A DNA stretch of 64,000 bases from Isurus oxyrinchus (taxonomy: Eukaryota), in contig JANJGN010000024.1 of the NCBI GenBank assembly GCA_026770705.1, forward strand, positions 20,026,001 through 20,090,000, read 5' to 3'. Within the stretch, counting starts at the first letter, position 1. The number at the start of each line of letters is the position of its first letter. The position numbers and the translations under genes were made by a program. This document shows positions 1 through 13,570 of the stretch, one piece after another. A model generated the notes under the pieces. It did not search any database and was not told the origin of the DNA. It worked only from the letters and a program-made list of their open reading frames with translations.

Positions 1-485
1 ATTGAAATCATCTGTACAATCAGTCTAATAAATATTAGACAACATGGATTGTGTCTCACCCACATCCTTAACTCCTTTGTTTAAGTGACACTGGAGTCTA
101 AGTGGAGTGTTGAAAGCTCTACGACGTAGAGTACCTGAACTTCAAGTTCCCACACAAAAGACAACCAATAAACTGAACCGTACAGATTCAGAGTAAACCT
201 TAGGAATGGATACAGTTAATTGACTGAAGGGTAGGAAACTTGCTAAAGGAGTGATGTCAAAGTGGGGGAATTACTGAGCGGAATGTCCTAGGGTTTGATC
301 CTGGAGTGATGACTATTATTTATTTACATAAATTATAGGATACAGAAACTCAGTGGAAGACAACCAAGTTTGCAGATGACACCAAACTCCGAGGAACAGT
401 GAAATTGGTAAAGGCAGTTCAAAAATCATAGTGACTTGAACAAAATATGTAACTGACCAGGTCAATGACATGAATTTTAATACAG

Positions 486-2160
486 AATCATAGAATCAAT
501 ACAGCACAGGAGGAGGCCTTTTGGCCCATCATGTCTATGCCAGATTTCTGCTGTAGCAATTTAGCTGGTTACACTCCCCTGCCATTTTTCCAAATGCAAT
601 TTTTGTTCCCTTCAGACTAATTGTCCACTTTCGTTTTGAAAGCCATGGTTGAATCTGTCTCCACCACACTTTCAGGCAATGCATTCCAGATCCTAATTAC
701 TCATTGCATGAAAAAGCTTTTCTTCATGTTGCCTTTGCTTCATTTGCCAATCACCTTAAATCTGTGTCCTCTGATTTCCCTTCCACCAATGGAATGGTTT
801 CTCTCTATCTATCTCTCTGGATTTTGAAAGCTTATCTCAAATCTGTTTTCAACCTTGTTTCCTCTAAGGAGAATAACACCAGGTTCTCCAGCTCATCTAG
901 TAACTGTTCTCTTCTTCCTGGAAGCATTCTCGTAAATCTTTTCTGCACCCTCTTTAAATCCTTCACATCCTTCCTAAAGCGCGGTATCCAGAATTAGACA
1001 CAATGTTCCAGTTAAGGTCAAACCAGGGTTTTATAAAGATTCATCATAACTTCCTTGCTTTTATGCTCTATGCCTCTATTTATAAAACACAGGGTCCCAA
1101 ATGCCTTTGTAACCACTTTCTCAACCTGCCCTGACACCTTTAATGATTTGTCCACATATACCCTATGTCCCACTGTTCCTGAGCTGCCTTTAGAATTGTG
1201 CTCTTTGGTTTATATTTCCTCTCCTCTTTCTTCCTATCAAAATATATCACTTCACACTTATCTGCTGTCCGTCCATTCTGCTAGCTTATCTATGCCCTCT
1301 TGAAGCCTGTCACTATCGACCTCACAGTTCACAATACTTCCAAATTTTGTGTCACCTGCAAATTTTGAAATTGTGCCCTGTACATCAAAGTATAAATCAT
1401 TAATATGGATCAAGAAAAGCAGAGGTCTTGGTACTGACCCATGGGGAACCTCACTGTATACCTTCTTCTAATCTGAAAATTAATCATTTGCCACTACTGT
1501 CTGTATCCTGTCACTCAGCCAATTTCGTATCCATACTGTCACTGTCCCTTTTACTCAATGGGCTTTGACAAGCCTATTATGTGGAACTTTATCAAATACC
1601 TTTTACAAACATACTAATTAGGAGTGGGAGTAGGACAATCAGCCCCTTGAAGCCTGCTCCGCCATTTAATAAGATCATGGCTGATCGGATTGTGGCCTCA
1701 ACTCCACATTCTGTCTACCCCCAATAACCTTTCACTCCTTGTTAGTCAAGAATTTATCTACCTTCGCCTTAAAAATATTCAAAGACCCCGCTTCCACCAC
1801 TCTTTTTAGTTAGTTACTTAGTTTGTTTTTTACTTATTTTTGAGTGCATTCCATCACTTACATAAGTATTTTAACAACAATACAGAGTGACAAATCCCTA
1901 ATAGGCGCTCTTTAAATCCTTCACATTCTCCTGAAAGTGCAGTATCCAGAATTGGACACAATGCTCCAGTTAAAGCCAAACCAGGATTTTATGAAGGTTC
2001 ATCACAACTTTCTTGCTTTTATGCTCTGTGCCTCTATTTATAAAGCACTAGGTCCCACATGCCTTTGAAATCACTTCCTCAACCCGCCCTGAAACCTTCA
2101 ATTATTTATGCAAATATAGCCAAGGTCACTCTGTTCCTGCGCTGCCTTTAGATTGTACCA
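486..2160 (-). mobile_element. Cluster of CR1 LINE 3' fragments (486-1600, 1613-1803, 1905-2160)
   Basis: catagaatc tails and RT C-terminal sequence. 1905-2160 is a diverged copy of ~950-1200. Confidence 0.8.
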
Positions 2161-4189
2161 TGGACAGACTGTGTGGGCTCTGCCCCAGATTTGGATAGAG
2201 AGTAAAAATGCATAGCTTCTCCACTCTGAGAATAATAGCAACTTTGAGGCATGATATTAGTATTGGAAGTGTTCATCAATTTAAAATAAATAGCCCAAGT
2301 GCGGCCAATAAAGAATTAAAGAAAAGAATTTCAGATGCCTATTGCTGCATCATTGCTAACAGACATAGGAACATGTCTGTTACTAATTTCACACCATGTA
2401 ATTTCAGCCATTTTGGGAATTTCTGGTTGAGTTTATTTAAGTCTATTAAGTTAAACTGCCTATAGTTACTCTACAAATGCGGACCAGATTAGAAATGATT
2501 GGGTAATTTCCCCCATCAGTCACACTCAGAGACCGCACTGCTTTAATGATTGACATGACACACATAACTTTGCATTATGTAACTCCACTCACTGCATTTT
2601 GCTGGAAAAATAACCCTGCTTTTACTGGGACGCATTGCTGTAGTTTAGGTTATATGTTCTGTTTGCTGTAGTTTGTAGAGACTCTTATTAAACAGAATGT
2701 CTACTGAGTAAATAGACTTTGCTGGGAGTCCTGCCATAAGTCTCACCCAACCAGCAACAATAACTTGCAATTAGATAGTGCCTTGAATCTGTTAAATGTC
2801 TCAAGGAGCTTCACAGGAGCATTATGAAACAAGATTTAACAGCAAGTCACATAAGGAGATATTGGGACAGGTGACCCAAAACTTGGTCAATGAGATATAG
2901 GTTTTAAGGAACATCTTAAAGGAAGAGAGAGAGAGAGAGAGAGGCGGTGAGGTTTAGCAAGGGAATTCCAGAGCTCAGGGCCTAGGCAGCTGAAGGCACA
3001 GCTACCAATGGTACAACAAAGAAATTTGTGATGGGCAAGAGACAATGATTGGAGGAGCGCAGAGATCTCAGAGTTATGTGGCTGGAGAAGATTACAGAGT
3101 TAGGAAAGGGCAAGGATTTAAAAAGAAAGATGTATATTTTAAAATCAGAGTGCGTCCCATCTTTAACTCATTGGCTAGCATGTGTTATCAATACTCACTT
3201 CATTAAATTAATTTCAACTGAATTGTGCTCTGTTGGTTATGTTTATCTGTTAATTAAGCTGGTTTTGACCTAACTGGGTAGTGCTGGTTAATTTTACAGG
3301 ACCAGCCTCTCAGCTCTCCCTGGTAAAGTGCCAGATATGTATCAGATTTAACTCATTGGGTAGCATTCTTGTTTCAGAGTCAGAATGGTGTGGATTCAAT
3401 CCCATTCCAGAGTCCTGAGCACATTCTAGGCTGACACTCCAGGATAGTATCAAGGGGTGCTACATTGCCTTTTGGATGAGACATTCACCAATGCCCTGTC
3501 CGCTCTCTCAAGTGGATGTAAAAGATCCCATGGCCCTTCCAAGAAGAGCAGGAGAGGCCTCCCAGTTATCCAACCCAATCCCCCAACCAAAATCATAAAC
3601 AATTGATCTGGTCATAGCGTGGATAACAGATTGCTTTGATAAGAGTTGAACTGCTATCATGAGATAGTCTTTGAATATAACACCCATTGAGAATCCAGGA
3701 ATGTGACCGTTCCTTTTAAATCACAGCCCAGTCTAGTTACACTTCAAAGCGCAAAAGTGAGATGAATTTACTGAGAGTGACAAGTGCAGCTGCACACTAG
3801 CACTGACCTTTACATTCTCACATGCAGGACGTCCTCCAGGCATGATCCCAACAAAGCTGTCTTCATATTGGCACCAATGCAATCCCTTTTTGATTGATGC
3901 AACTCTCTAACACTTCATTAGCTTAATACTTCAGTTTAACTCTTCTTCTCCTTATCATTTTTATCTTTCTAGGGCACTATGTCATACACTCCCACATCAC
4001 TCCACACACTCTGTGACTGTTTGTGGATCAAAATGTTGAGGGTGGAGCCTTGTGCACATCAACTAGCACTGAATTTCAGGCTGGGTTTGTGTCAACGTTA
4101 TATTGAGCTGGAGATATGTTGATTTTTGAATTATTGGACTAGTCTGTACCTACTGCATTAGATGCTAGTGTATTCTTGGGCATATCTTA

Positions 4190-4625
4190 ACTGGTACCAA
4201 GTCTCGTTCACCTTTCACCCCTGTGTTCACTGACTCCCAGTCAAGCAATGTCTTGATTTTAAAATTCTCAACCCTCCCAATCTTTCTAATCTTCTCCAGC
4301 CCCACAGGATCCCTGCACTCCTCTAATTCTGGCCCCTTGAGCATCCCGATGTTAACCATTCCACCATTGGTGACCGTGCTTTTAATTGCCCAGGCCCCAA
4401 GCTCTGGAATGTTCTTCCTCCACTTCTCTGCCTCTCTCCCTCACTTTGCTTCTTTAAGTTACTCCTTAAAGCTGACCTCTTTGACCGAGTTTTTGGTTAT
4501 CTGACCTGATATCTCCTATGTGACTGTGTTTCATATTTCATTTTATAATGCTCTTATGAAGTACCTTGGAAAATTTTTTTGACAATAAAGGTGCTATATA
4601 AATATAAGTTGTTGTTGCTGTTGTA
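4190..4625 (+). mobile_element. L2-type LINE 3' fragment; other copies 2755-3150(-), 6175-6555(-), 10845-11150, 26920-27300(-), 55692-55940
   Basis: ccaccattgg..gtgc.ttc...ctctggaat motif and the tail aaaggtgctatataaat..aagttgttgttg. Confidence 0.75.
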
Positions 4626-7319
4626 TAGTTTTGTGTTATTGAGTCATTAAGCTAGTGTACATTGGGCTTGGGTACTTCAGAACTGGTGCATTATTGGCCT
4701 AGTGTGATATTTGGGAAGTGTACCATGCGGCTAATTCATTCTTTATTCAAACAAAGATCCCCGGAGAAATGGTTGGAAGCTATCACTTTTATATATATAT
4801 ATATAAGAAGAGAAATCAGGAACTCATTATCTCATTCTGAAGCAGCTGATCTCCTGGAACTGCAACTACTCATGACAGAGCGAAAGCATCAAGATAGACA
4901 GAAAGCTCAAGGGAAAATGTGTTGAAATGCATGCTTATAATTTAATGATGCAATTATGCAGTTGCATTTCTTTTATAGTAATTTACGCTCAAAATTTAAA
5001 AGCATTGCTGTTTATATAAACATTCACACATCCTGGATGAACTGTGAGATTACCGAAGGAAGTTCTAAAGAAACATTTCTTTAACTTGTCTAATTTTTAG
5101 TAACATGAAATGTTGTTTGATGAAGCAGGAAATTTGAAAATTAGTTTAACATTTTTGTAAGCTTTGTTTATTTTTTGTAAGCTTTGTTTATTTTTAGGAT
5201 TTACTCCGAAAAGCCATGTCCTTGATCAGTGGATGTGTCCCAATCTTTATGTAGAGATTTATTTATTGAGTGCAACATGGGAGAGAACAAATTTATTTTT
5301 CCACCTGAAAGGAAAACATTATTTACCTGTTCTTCAGAAACTAATACAAAAAAAAAATTTCACCGTCTTTGGAAAATCTCGTAACTTCTGACTAAGTTCT
5401 TTCAGTGAAGATCTTCATCCTTCTCTCACTACCATGATTACATAAATCCTCATCTGACAGAAAAGATGCATTTTGATGACCCCCATTTTAATGCACAGAT
5501 TAATTTAAGTAACAGTGGTGTACAAACACATTTATGTATTTACTTAGCCATGTACCTACCTGCAGTGGGTAATGAAAGGTCCATTTATTTATTTTCTGCA
5601 AACCAACCAATTACATTGTTTTGAGAAGATGAGAATAGGAACAGGAAGAGGCCAAATGGCTCCACCAGTCTACACCACCAAGCAATAAGATCAAAGTTGA
5701 TCATGGAGAGGGATGGGTTGTCACTGATGGTGGTGGAAGTGGATTTGGGGGCTCAGCTGTGATTGGGGAGGGGTGGCCGTCTGTGATTGGAGGAGGAGGG
5801 TTCTGGGTTGTGACTGAGAGAGGGAGGGTTGGAGGCTCAGGCCATGACTGAGGAAGGGAGATGTTCTAGGGACGGCACTCCTTTTCCCCCTTACTATGGC
5901 TCCTCTGGATCAGTATCACACCACTACCCCCTCCCCCACACCTCCAGAAGCTGGTTTAATGCAATGGTCAACTCATCACTACCCCCCCCCCCCCCCCCAC
6001 CTCACCCCCTCAGCTGGGGGCTCTGCAAATATTGCAGCCATTATCCTGAACCAGACTGTTTATTTAAACAAATGCCCAGTCACTATCCTGTGGAGGTTCG
6101 TTCTCTGAAGAGCAGTTTACCACTGGGACACAGGGAGAAGGGGGTGGGGTCGAGGAGGGGTGGGGTGTTACGTGACAACAACAGCAAATATTTATAAAGT
6201 GCTTTTGATGTGATGAAACACCCCAAGATACTTCATGGAAGCAAATCTAAGACAAAGCATATCACTGAGCCACACAAGGAGGTATTAGGTCGGAAAGCTT
6301 GGTTATAAGGGTAGGTTTTAAAAATGGTCTCAAAGGGGGAAAGTGAGATAGAAAGGCAGAAAGATGTAGGGAGAGAATTCCAGATCTTGGGGCTCAGGCA
6401 ACTAAAGGCATGGACACCAATGGTGGAGCAATTATAATTGGGAGTGCACAAGAGGCCAGAGTTAGAGGAGTGCAGAGATCTCAGAGGCTTCCTGGTTTGG
6501 AGGAGGTTACAGCAATGGGGGGAGGCAAAGCCACGGAGATTCAGAAACAAGAACGTAACTGCCCCCCGTTTAACTGCCCCAGGCTGGGTTTGCGCCAGGC
6601 TGGTGGAGTGGGTGAAAATCAGAGGCTGACTGTCTAAACTTGACACCTGATGGATGGTCACTTGGCAGAAGTGTCAGGTGGCGACTGTGGAACTCTAACC
6701 CAGTAAGGGCTGGCGTCTTCAGGCGAGCAAAGAAAGTGAAATGTGAGTGATGCAGCTTTAGGGTAGTTTCATATCCTGTAGCATGTTCCTGAGACTGGGA
6801 AGCTGAGATACCGGAACTGTTTATTTTATAGAGCTTTCTATTTTAGCATGACACTAAAATGAGGGAGCTGAGTGCTGTTACCCGATACTATTAAATTCAC
6901 AGTGATACTGGACTAGGGGTTAAATTTCCCAACCTGTACTCGAACCTTAATGATCACTGCATAATGTTTAAAATAAATTAGAATTATACTCAAGTTTCCT
7001 CGGCTCCCTCTGAATGGATCTTACTCAGCGAGTTAGTCAGAAAACAAAGTTCAGAAAGTTTTTAAACTTTTAAAAAAGTTCAAAATATTGAAAGCTAACA
7101 TTTTACACAGATCTGGAGCGTCTACGTTTCCAAAGTTATTTGTTGTAAGGCTTTTTTTTTATTAATCGCCAGGTCTTGAAGACTGTTGTTTTGCTTGGTC
7201 CCGCTGGGTGATGACGAAGGCAGTTTTGTGACTGCAATGCAGAATTTGCAGGAAAAGGAATAGGAGGATCGCTGCTCACTCCCATCCCGGCTCCAGGACC
7301 AGTCTTCCGCAGTGTGTGC

Positions 7320-7545
7320 GGAGATTGAGAGAAAGAGAGAGAGAGAGAGAGAGGCAGGGAGAGGAACCAGAGCAAGTGGGAGCACACCAAATACCAAGAA
7401 TGCTGCGCAGATACGCAGTGCCTCCTCTCCCCTCTGTTATCACTCACAGTGCCAGCATTGGGTGCTAAATGCAGATCCTTTCTGCTTACCCAGTGAAGCT
7501 TCTTCTGGAACTGCTCATCCCTCCCTCTCTCTCTCTCTCTCTCGA
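7320..7545 (+). repeat. (GA)n and (TC)n microsatellites in the SCN4B promoter/5'UTR region
   Basis: A gagagaga tract at ~7327-7355 and a ctctctct tract at ~7520-7543, upstream of the ATG. Confidence 0.8.
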
Positions 7546-7661
7546 GTTAACAGCCGCCAATTTCTTCACTCCCTCCTCCACTCCTAATCAATTTCCCTCC
7601 TCCTCCCCCTCAAAAAAAATCCAGTCATCTCAACTGCGGCCACTGCCTGAACTCCCCCAGA

Positions 7662-7749
7662 ATGAGAGCTGAGAAAGTGCCCTTGGACTTCCATGGAGTC
7701 GAATCAGCAACAATCTCCCCGAGGAGACTTTTAGTGGCCATTCTAATCG
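7662..7749 (+). CDS. SCN4B: SCN4B coding exon 1 (signal peptide start: MRAEKVPLDFHGVESATISPRRLLVAILI-G)
   Basis: ATG at 7662 has A at -3. 88 nt ending G|gtaaga (phase 1), which joins exon 2 in frame to give a hydrophobic signal peptide (RRLLVAILIGFVLFQVNVA). Confidence 0.8.
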
Positions 7750-8729
7750 GTAAGAGAATAAAACCCAATTGATCATGTTTTGTGATAACTGTAAATCAGC
7801 AATAACTTTTATCAATGATTTATTTACCAGGTGGGTGTATTTCATGATTTTGAGTTTCCTGCATCTGCAGAGAACATATTTTGCATAAATCTTAATGTTT
7901 ATTGCTTAACTTTTTATTTGCTATTTCATTCTTTTGTAAGTGGTCTTTGGTGTTGGCAGTTTGACTCTTCGCGGTTTTCCCAGTTTCTGGCCGATTTTAG
8001 TTTTGTGTCTGGCTCAATTTTCAGTTCTTTCATGATTGAGAGGGGAAAAAACACTCACTAGACTGATTCTTACAAACAGACCGCCTGTGTTTTTGTAACT
8101 TTTACTGAAGTTCAGATGATACAGTTATAATGGGTTTTGGATATGTCAGGACTGGTTGGTATCTGGTGCTGTGACAGTGCCAAATGTGTTTACTTGGAGT
8201 TTGAGTAACTCCCAGTAGAATCAGAACCCGTCCTGCAGCAGTTCCGAAAATAAACCAATGTCAGCATTTTCACATTCCTCTGACCGCAAGGTGCTGAGAC
8301 TCGTCCCATCTCCCAACCTCTGTCCTCACGTCAGTGACGGGCCAAACCCAAACCCTGTTTATCTTGGAATTTTGATTTGAGATTTCAAGGGACAATGGGA
8401 GTTTAAAACAAAAATGGATTGAGGTTGGCATTGAGATTCAAGGAAAGCGTGATTTCCAGGTCGAGAATTTAGATTGGAATCAGGCAATGTCAATAACTCG
8501 GGAATGATCCTATTGGATCAAAATTTAGGTAGACGGGAAATCCCAAGCTTTTTTCCTCCAAGATTTAGCTTCAGAAGTTCACGTCTCCATGAGGATTCTT
8601 CATCAGTTTGTGCCTCTTGTCCATGCACTAGGTGCCATCTTGGATATGGCAAACCACTACCCACCACCATGCTAGGAAGAATGTAAAAGATTAATTAGTT
8701 TTGTTCATCTTTAAAAGCATTTTCACTTG

Positions 8730-10565
8730 AGTCTTTTTGATGCATCTTCGATCATGTATGTTAATGACTTAGACTGTGGTGTGCAGGGCATGATTTCAAA
8801 ATTTGCAGATGTTACACAGATTGGAAATGTCAACTGTGATGAGGACAGTCTTGAACTTCAAAAGGACATAGACATGATGGTGGATTGGGCAGACAGGTGA
8901 CAGATGAAATTCAATTCAGAGAAGTGTGAAGTAATTCATTTTGGCAGGAAGAATATGGAGACAGACAGTAGAGACAAAGGGAGAACTCTAAAGGAGGTGC
9001 AGGAACAAAGGGGTCTCAGTGTATATGTACATAAGTCATTGAAGATGGTAGGGCATGTTAAGAGAGCCCTTAATAAAGCATATAGTAACTTAGGCTTTAC
9101 TAGTAGGGACATTGAGTACAAGAGTAAGGAAGTCATGTTGAACTTGTATAAGACACTAGTACATCACTACTTAGACCCTGAGGGGTATGGACAAAGTAAA
9201 TAGTGGGAAACTGTTCCCACTCAAGACAACATCAAGAACTAGAGGGCATGGATTCAAAATAATTGGCAGAAGGAGTAGATGTGATGTGAGAAAACGTTTT
9301 TTCACCCAGAGGGTGGTTGGAGTCTGGAACAGAACTTCCTGAAAAGGTGGTGGAGGCAGGTTTGATCGAGGAATTCAGAAGGGAATTGGATTGCTAACTG
9401 AAAAATAATGTGCAAGGTTATGGTGATAAGGGAGGGGAGTGGGACTAGGTGGAATGCTCTTTCAGAGAACCCGTGTGGACTCATTGGGCTGAGTGACCTC
9501 CTTCTGCACTGTAATGATTCTGTGATTCTGACTGTGATCAGAGTCACATGGCCATGTGGAGCAATGCTTCACTTTTCAAAGTGTCCAGTTTCCCAGTGGC
9601 CTCATTGTGAACTGTGAGGACGATAGTGTTGAACTTCAAAAGGACATAAACAGGTTGGTGGAATCATCGGGCAAGTGACAGGTGAAATTTAATGCAGAGA
9701 AGTGTGAAATGATTCACTTTGGGAGGGAGAATACAGAGAGACAACATAAAAAAAAGAGTAAGGGTGTCAGAATCAGAGGGACCTGGGCGTATATGTGCAT
9801 AAATCATTAAAGGTGACAGGACAGGTTGAAAGGGCAATTGATAAAGCATATAGGATCCTGGGCTTTATTCATAGGGGCATGGAATACAAAAGCAAGGCAG
9901 TCACGTAAAACTTGTATCAAACACTGGTCTAGCCTCAATTGGAACATTGTATCCAGTTCTGAGTGCCACATAATGTGAACACATTAGAGAGAGTACAGAA
10001 AAGATTCACTAATATGGTTCCAGGGTTGGGGAACTTCAGTTACATAGATAGATTGGAGAAATTGGGACTGTTTTCCTTGGAGGAGAAGGTTGAGAGGAGA
10101 TTTGATAGAGGTGTTCAAAATTTTGAGGGGTCTGGACAGAGTAGATAGGGGGAAACTGTTCCCATTGGTGGAAGGATTGAGAACCAGAGGGCAGAGATTT
10201 AAGATAATTGGCAAAAGTAGCGATGGTGACATGAAGAAAAACTTTCTCAAGCAGCAAGCAGTTTGGAGGGAGTTTTACTCTGTATCTAACCCCATCTTGT
10301 ACCTGTCCTGGGAGAGTTTAACGGGGGCATTGTAGAGGGAGCTTTAATCTGTATCCAACACTGTACCTGTCCTGACAATGTGGTGGAGGCAGGGTCAGTC
10401 AAGGTATTTAAGAGAGAATTTGATTATTATCTGGGAAGGACGAATGTGCAGGGTTACAGGGCGAAGGTAGGGCAATGGCACAAAGTGAATTGCTCCTTCA
10501 GAGACCAATGCAGACACGATGGGCTGAAAGGCCTCCCTCTGTGCTGTAATCATTCTGTACAATTC
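8730..10565 (+). mobile_element. Two tandem CR1 LINE 3' fragments
   Basis: ORFs contain MKFNSEKCEVIHFG, LERVQKRFT, RGDLIEVFKILRGLDRVD, with (att)ctgtg tails. A shark-type satellite fragment is inserted at ~10260-10375. Confidence 0.85.
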
Positions 10566-12869
10566 TAAATAAAGCCTCTGTGCATTACATTGATTCTCTA
10601 GTGGTCTCATGGTTGTGGCTAACCTCTGGTGATACACAGATGATCTTTTCAGATACCCAAGACTTGAAAGTCCAGGTGAGGGGTCTTCTACCTGTGACCT
10701 GAAGGTTGTGCATGACCCTGAATCCTGGCAACCCAATTCTTGAGGCTTAGAAGTCTCAGTCTGATTAATACTTATATTGCTTATTTGTTGATGACAAAAT
10801 TCTTGTCCTTGTTTTCAAATAAATGTCGTCATGGCATGACCATCTCTGTCTTGTCCTCTGGCTCTACAACCCTCTGAGACTTCGACATTCCTCCAATTCA
10901 GATCTTGCATGTGATCACTCCACCATTGGTAACTGTGTCTTTGGCTGCATGGGCCTAATCTCTGAAATTTCCTCCCTAATCCTCTCCTCTTCTAACCTCA
11001 ATCAAGGCGCTCTTTAAAATCTAATATTTCAACTGCGCTTCTTCTAATATTTCCTTATGTAGTTCGGTGTCATATTTCATCTGATTATCTTCATGTGAAG
11101 TGCCTTGGATCGTTTTATTACACCAGAAGTGCTGTATGATTTCTTGCCTGTTGTGTTTGAATTTTGAGAAGCTTGGAGTTTGGAAAACACTTTAGCCACA
11201 CTAATGGATAAATCCTAAATCAGGACTCTGAGATATGCTAGAATCAACATCTGCAATAAAAGAGGAAGAGGGATTTGAACTTGCAATGTGAGCTCTAAGC
11301 TACAATGTTTCAGATATAAGTGAGCATACAAAGATCTATGAACAACACTGCCTTGCAGTGTGAGTGTCCATTGATGCCCACTATCCCCGGGGAGAGGCAG
11401 CGATCGTACCATGTACCATTTCCCAGGCTCTACATATACACATCCTGTGATATTGTGGACTCTTTAACAATGTTATTTTTCAAAAGTAAATTGGATAAAT
11501 ACTTTAGAAGGAAAAATCGAAGGGCCATAGGGAAGAGCAGGGGAATGGGGCTAATTGGATAGTTCTTTCAAAGAGCTGGCACAGGCACGATGGGCCGAAT
11601 GCCTCCTTTTGTTTTGTAAGATTCTATGATGTGGAATGCAGTGGGCAGGCACAACCAAGAGTTTATGCATATGTATCATTTCAGTGGAAGTCACTGAGCG
11701 CTGATCAGGAGCAGAAACCCCGGTTTATCTTTTTGCCCATGCCTAGTCCAGGGACAGTGAGGCTGATTGTAGATTAACGAACAGCATAGAGCAGGCAGGC
11801 GTGGCATCTAGTGTTTTGATGGCCTGTGTGACTTAACCTCACCTGAAAACGCTGTACCTATCCAGTGAGACTAACGTTGGCAATGTCCCTTTAAGAGCAT
11901 TTCATGGAATATTAAAAGGTGGTGAGGTGATGCAGACAGAGCGCTGGTTTAGGAAGCTAGGTTGGAAAAAAAAGACACCTTCCTGACTGTGAACAGAATC
12001 TGATGGCAGGACAATATGATTCAGCTTCCAATTGCGATGTAATTTTGGTAATAGTGGTTAGGGTTGGTGCGCTGACAGGAGGGATACTCATAGAAACTGC
12101 CTTTCTGAAAAATTTCAGTTGGAAAGGATAAAAGCTTAACTATCAGTGCAAATATGGCTGGATCCCATCCAACTCTGACTTGAACCTAGATTGATGTGAT
12201 AGGATCATTGGACTGCGGCTTGGACTGAACAAGGTGTGTAGGAGAGCGGTTGCTGACTGTGGGTTGTCTGGAAAGCTTCAGTAATTGTGTTCTTACATTA
12301 TTGAAAGAAAGGCAGAACTTATATTTATATATCACCCGTTGCAAATTCAGGACTTCCAAAACGCTTTACAGCCAATGAGGTATTTTTGAAGTGTAGTTAA
12401 TATTGTAATGATGAAACACAGCAGTCAATTTATGCACAGTAAGCTCCAAGAACGATAAGATGATAACAACTAGATGATCTGTTTCACTGATATTGGTTGA
12501 AGGATAAATGTTGCCTGGAACACTGGGGATAACAGCCCTGCTCGTCTTCAAAATAATGCCACAGATCCTTTACATCACTTGAGACGGAAGACAGAGCCTC
12601 GATTTAACAAAAGACAGTATTTCTGACAGAGCAGCACTCCCTCAGTACTGCACTGCAGATGTTATCCTGGATTTTTGTGCTTAGGTCTATGGAGTACGAC
12701 CTGAACCCACAAACCTCTGGCTCTGAGGCAAGAGCGCAGAGCCATAGTAGACTCCTACTGAGCAGCCAAGTTAAGAGACCAATGTGTGTAATTCAGGGCA
12801 TCATCAAAAGGTGAAAAGGGCAGGATACACAACGTCAGAATGGAATGAATTATGGGCTACTAGTTAAGT

Positions 12870-13255
12870 GAGATGATGGTATAGTGGTAATATCACTGAA
12901 CTAGTCATCCAACTTAAGTTCTGGAGACATGGGTTCAAATCCCACTCATGGCAGCTGGTGGAATTTAAATTCAGTTACTAAATCTGGAATAAAAAGCTAG
13001 TCTTGGTATTGGTCACCATGGCAACTATTACTGATTGTCATAAAAACCCATCTGGTTAACTCATTTCCTTAGGGAAGTCAATCTGCCATCCTTACCCAGT
13101 CTGGCCTACATGTGCACTCCAGACCCACAATGATGTGGTTGACTTCACAAGAAATGGCCTAGCCAGCCTTTCAGTTCAAAGGCAATTAGGGATGGACAAC
13201 GAATGCTGGCCTTGCCAGCGATACCCACATCTCATGAAAGAATAATGAAAAAGAA
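12870..13255 (+). mobile_element. tRNA-derived SINE with LINE-derived tail; other copies 51460-51850(-), 56560-56870(-)
   Basis: A-box-like tggtatagtggt and B-box gggttcaaatccc. 3' tail ggcaattagggatgg..aatgctggcc..gccagcga..cccacatc. Confidence 0.7.
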
Positions 13256-13409
13256 AATAGTGACAGGGTAAAACTTGTATTTTGAAAGCACTTTTGGAGG
13301 AGATGTAAGGCGAGGAGAGAAATATGAAGGTAGATCAATATAGTGTCATTTGATTTTCTGTGGGAATCAGGGAGGAGGTTAAATGGTTGGGGAATGGGGA
13401 AGATTCCAA

Positions 13410-13570
13410 ACTGGGGGAAGATTCTGTGCTGGGGGAGGGTTCGTTGTTGGGGCAGATTCCGTGGTTGGAGGAGATTCCGTGGTTGGGGGAGGGTTCTGGT
13501 TGGGGAAGGGTTCTGGTTGGGGGAGGGTTCTGGTTAGGGGAGGGTTCTGGTTGGGGGAGGGTTCGGGCAG
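13410..13570 (+). repeat. G-rich 18-bp minisatellite (GGGGAGGGTTCTGGTTGG)n
   Basis: About 8-9 degenerate units seen directly in the sequence. Confidence 0.9.

Noticed and set aside
1-7300. SCN2B 3' exons expected from synteny
   Set aside because: No SCN2B-like coding sequence was recognised. The region is LINE/SINE fragments and unique non-coding DNA.
7693-7734. ATG in a good-looking context (ccATGG) as the SCN4B start
   Set aside because: It hits TAG after 13 codons. Only the 7662 ATG is in frame with exon 2.
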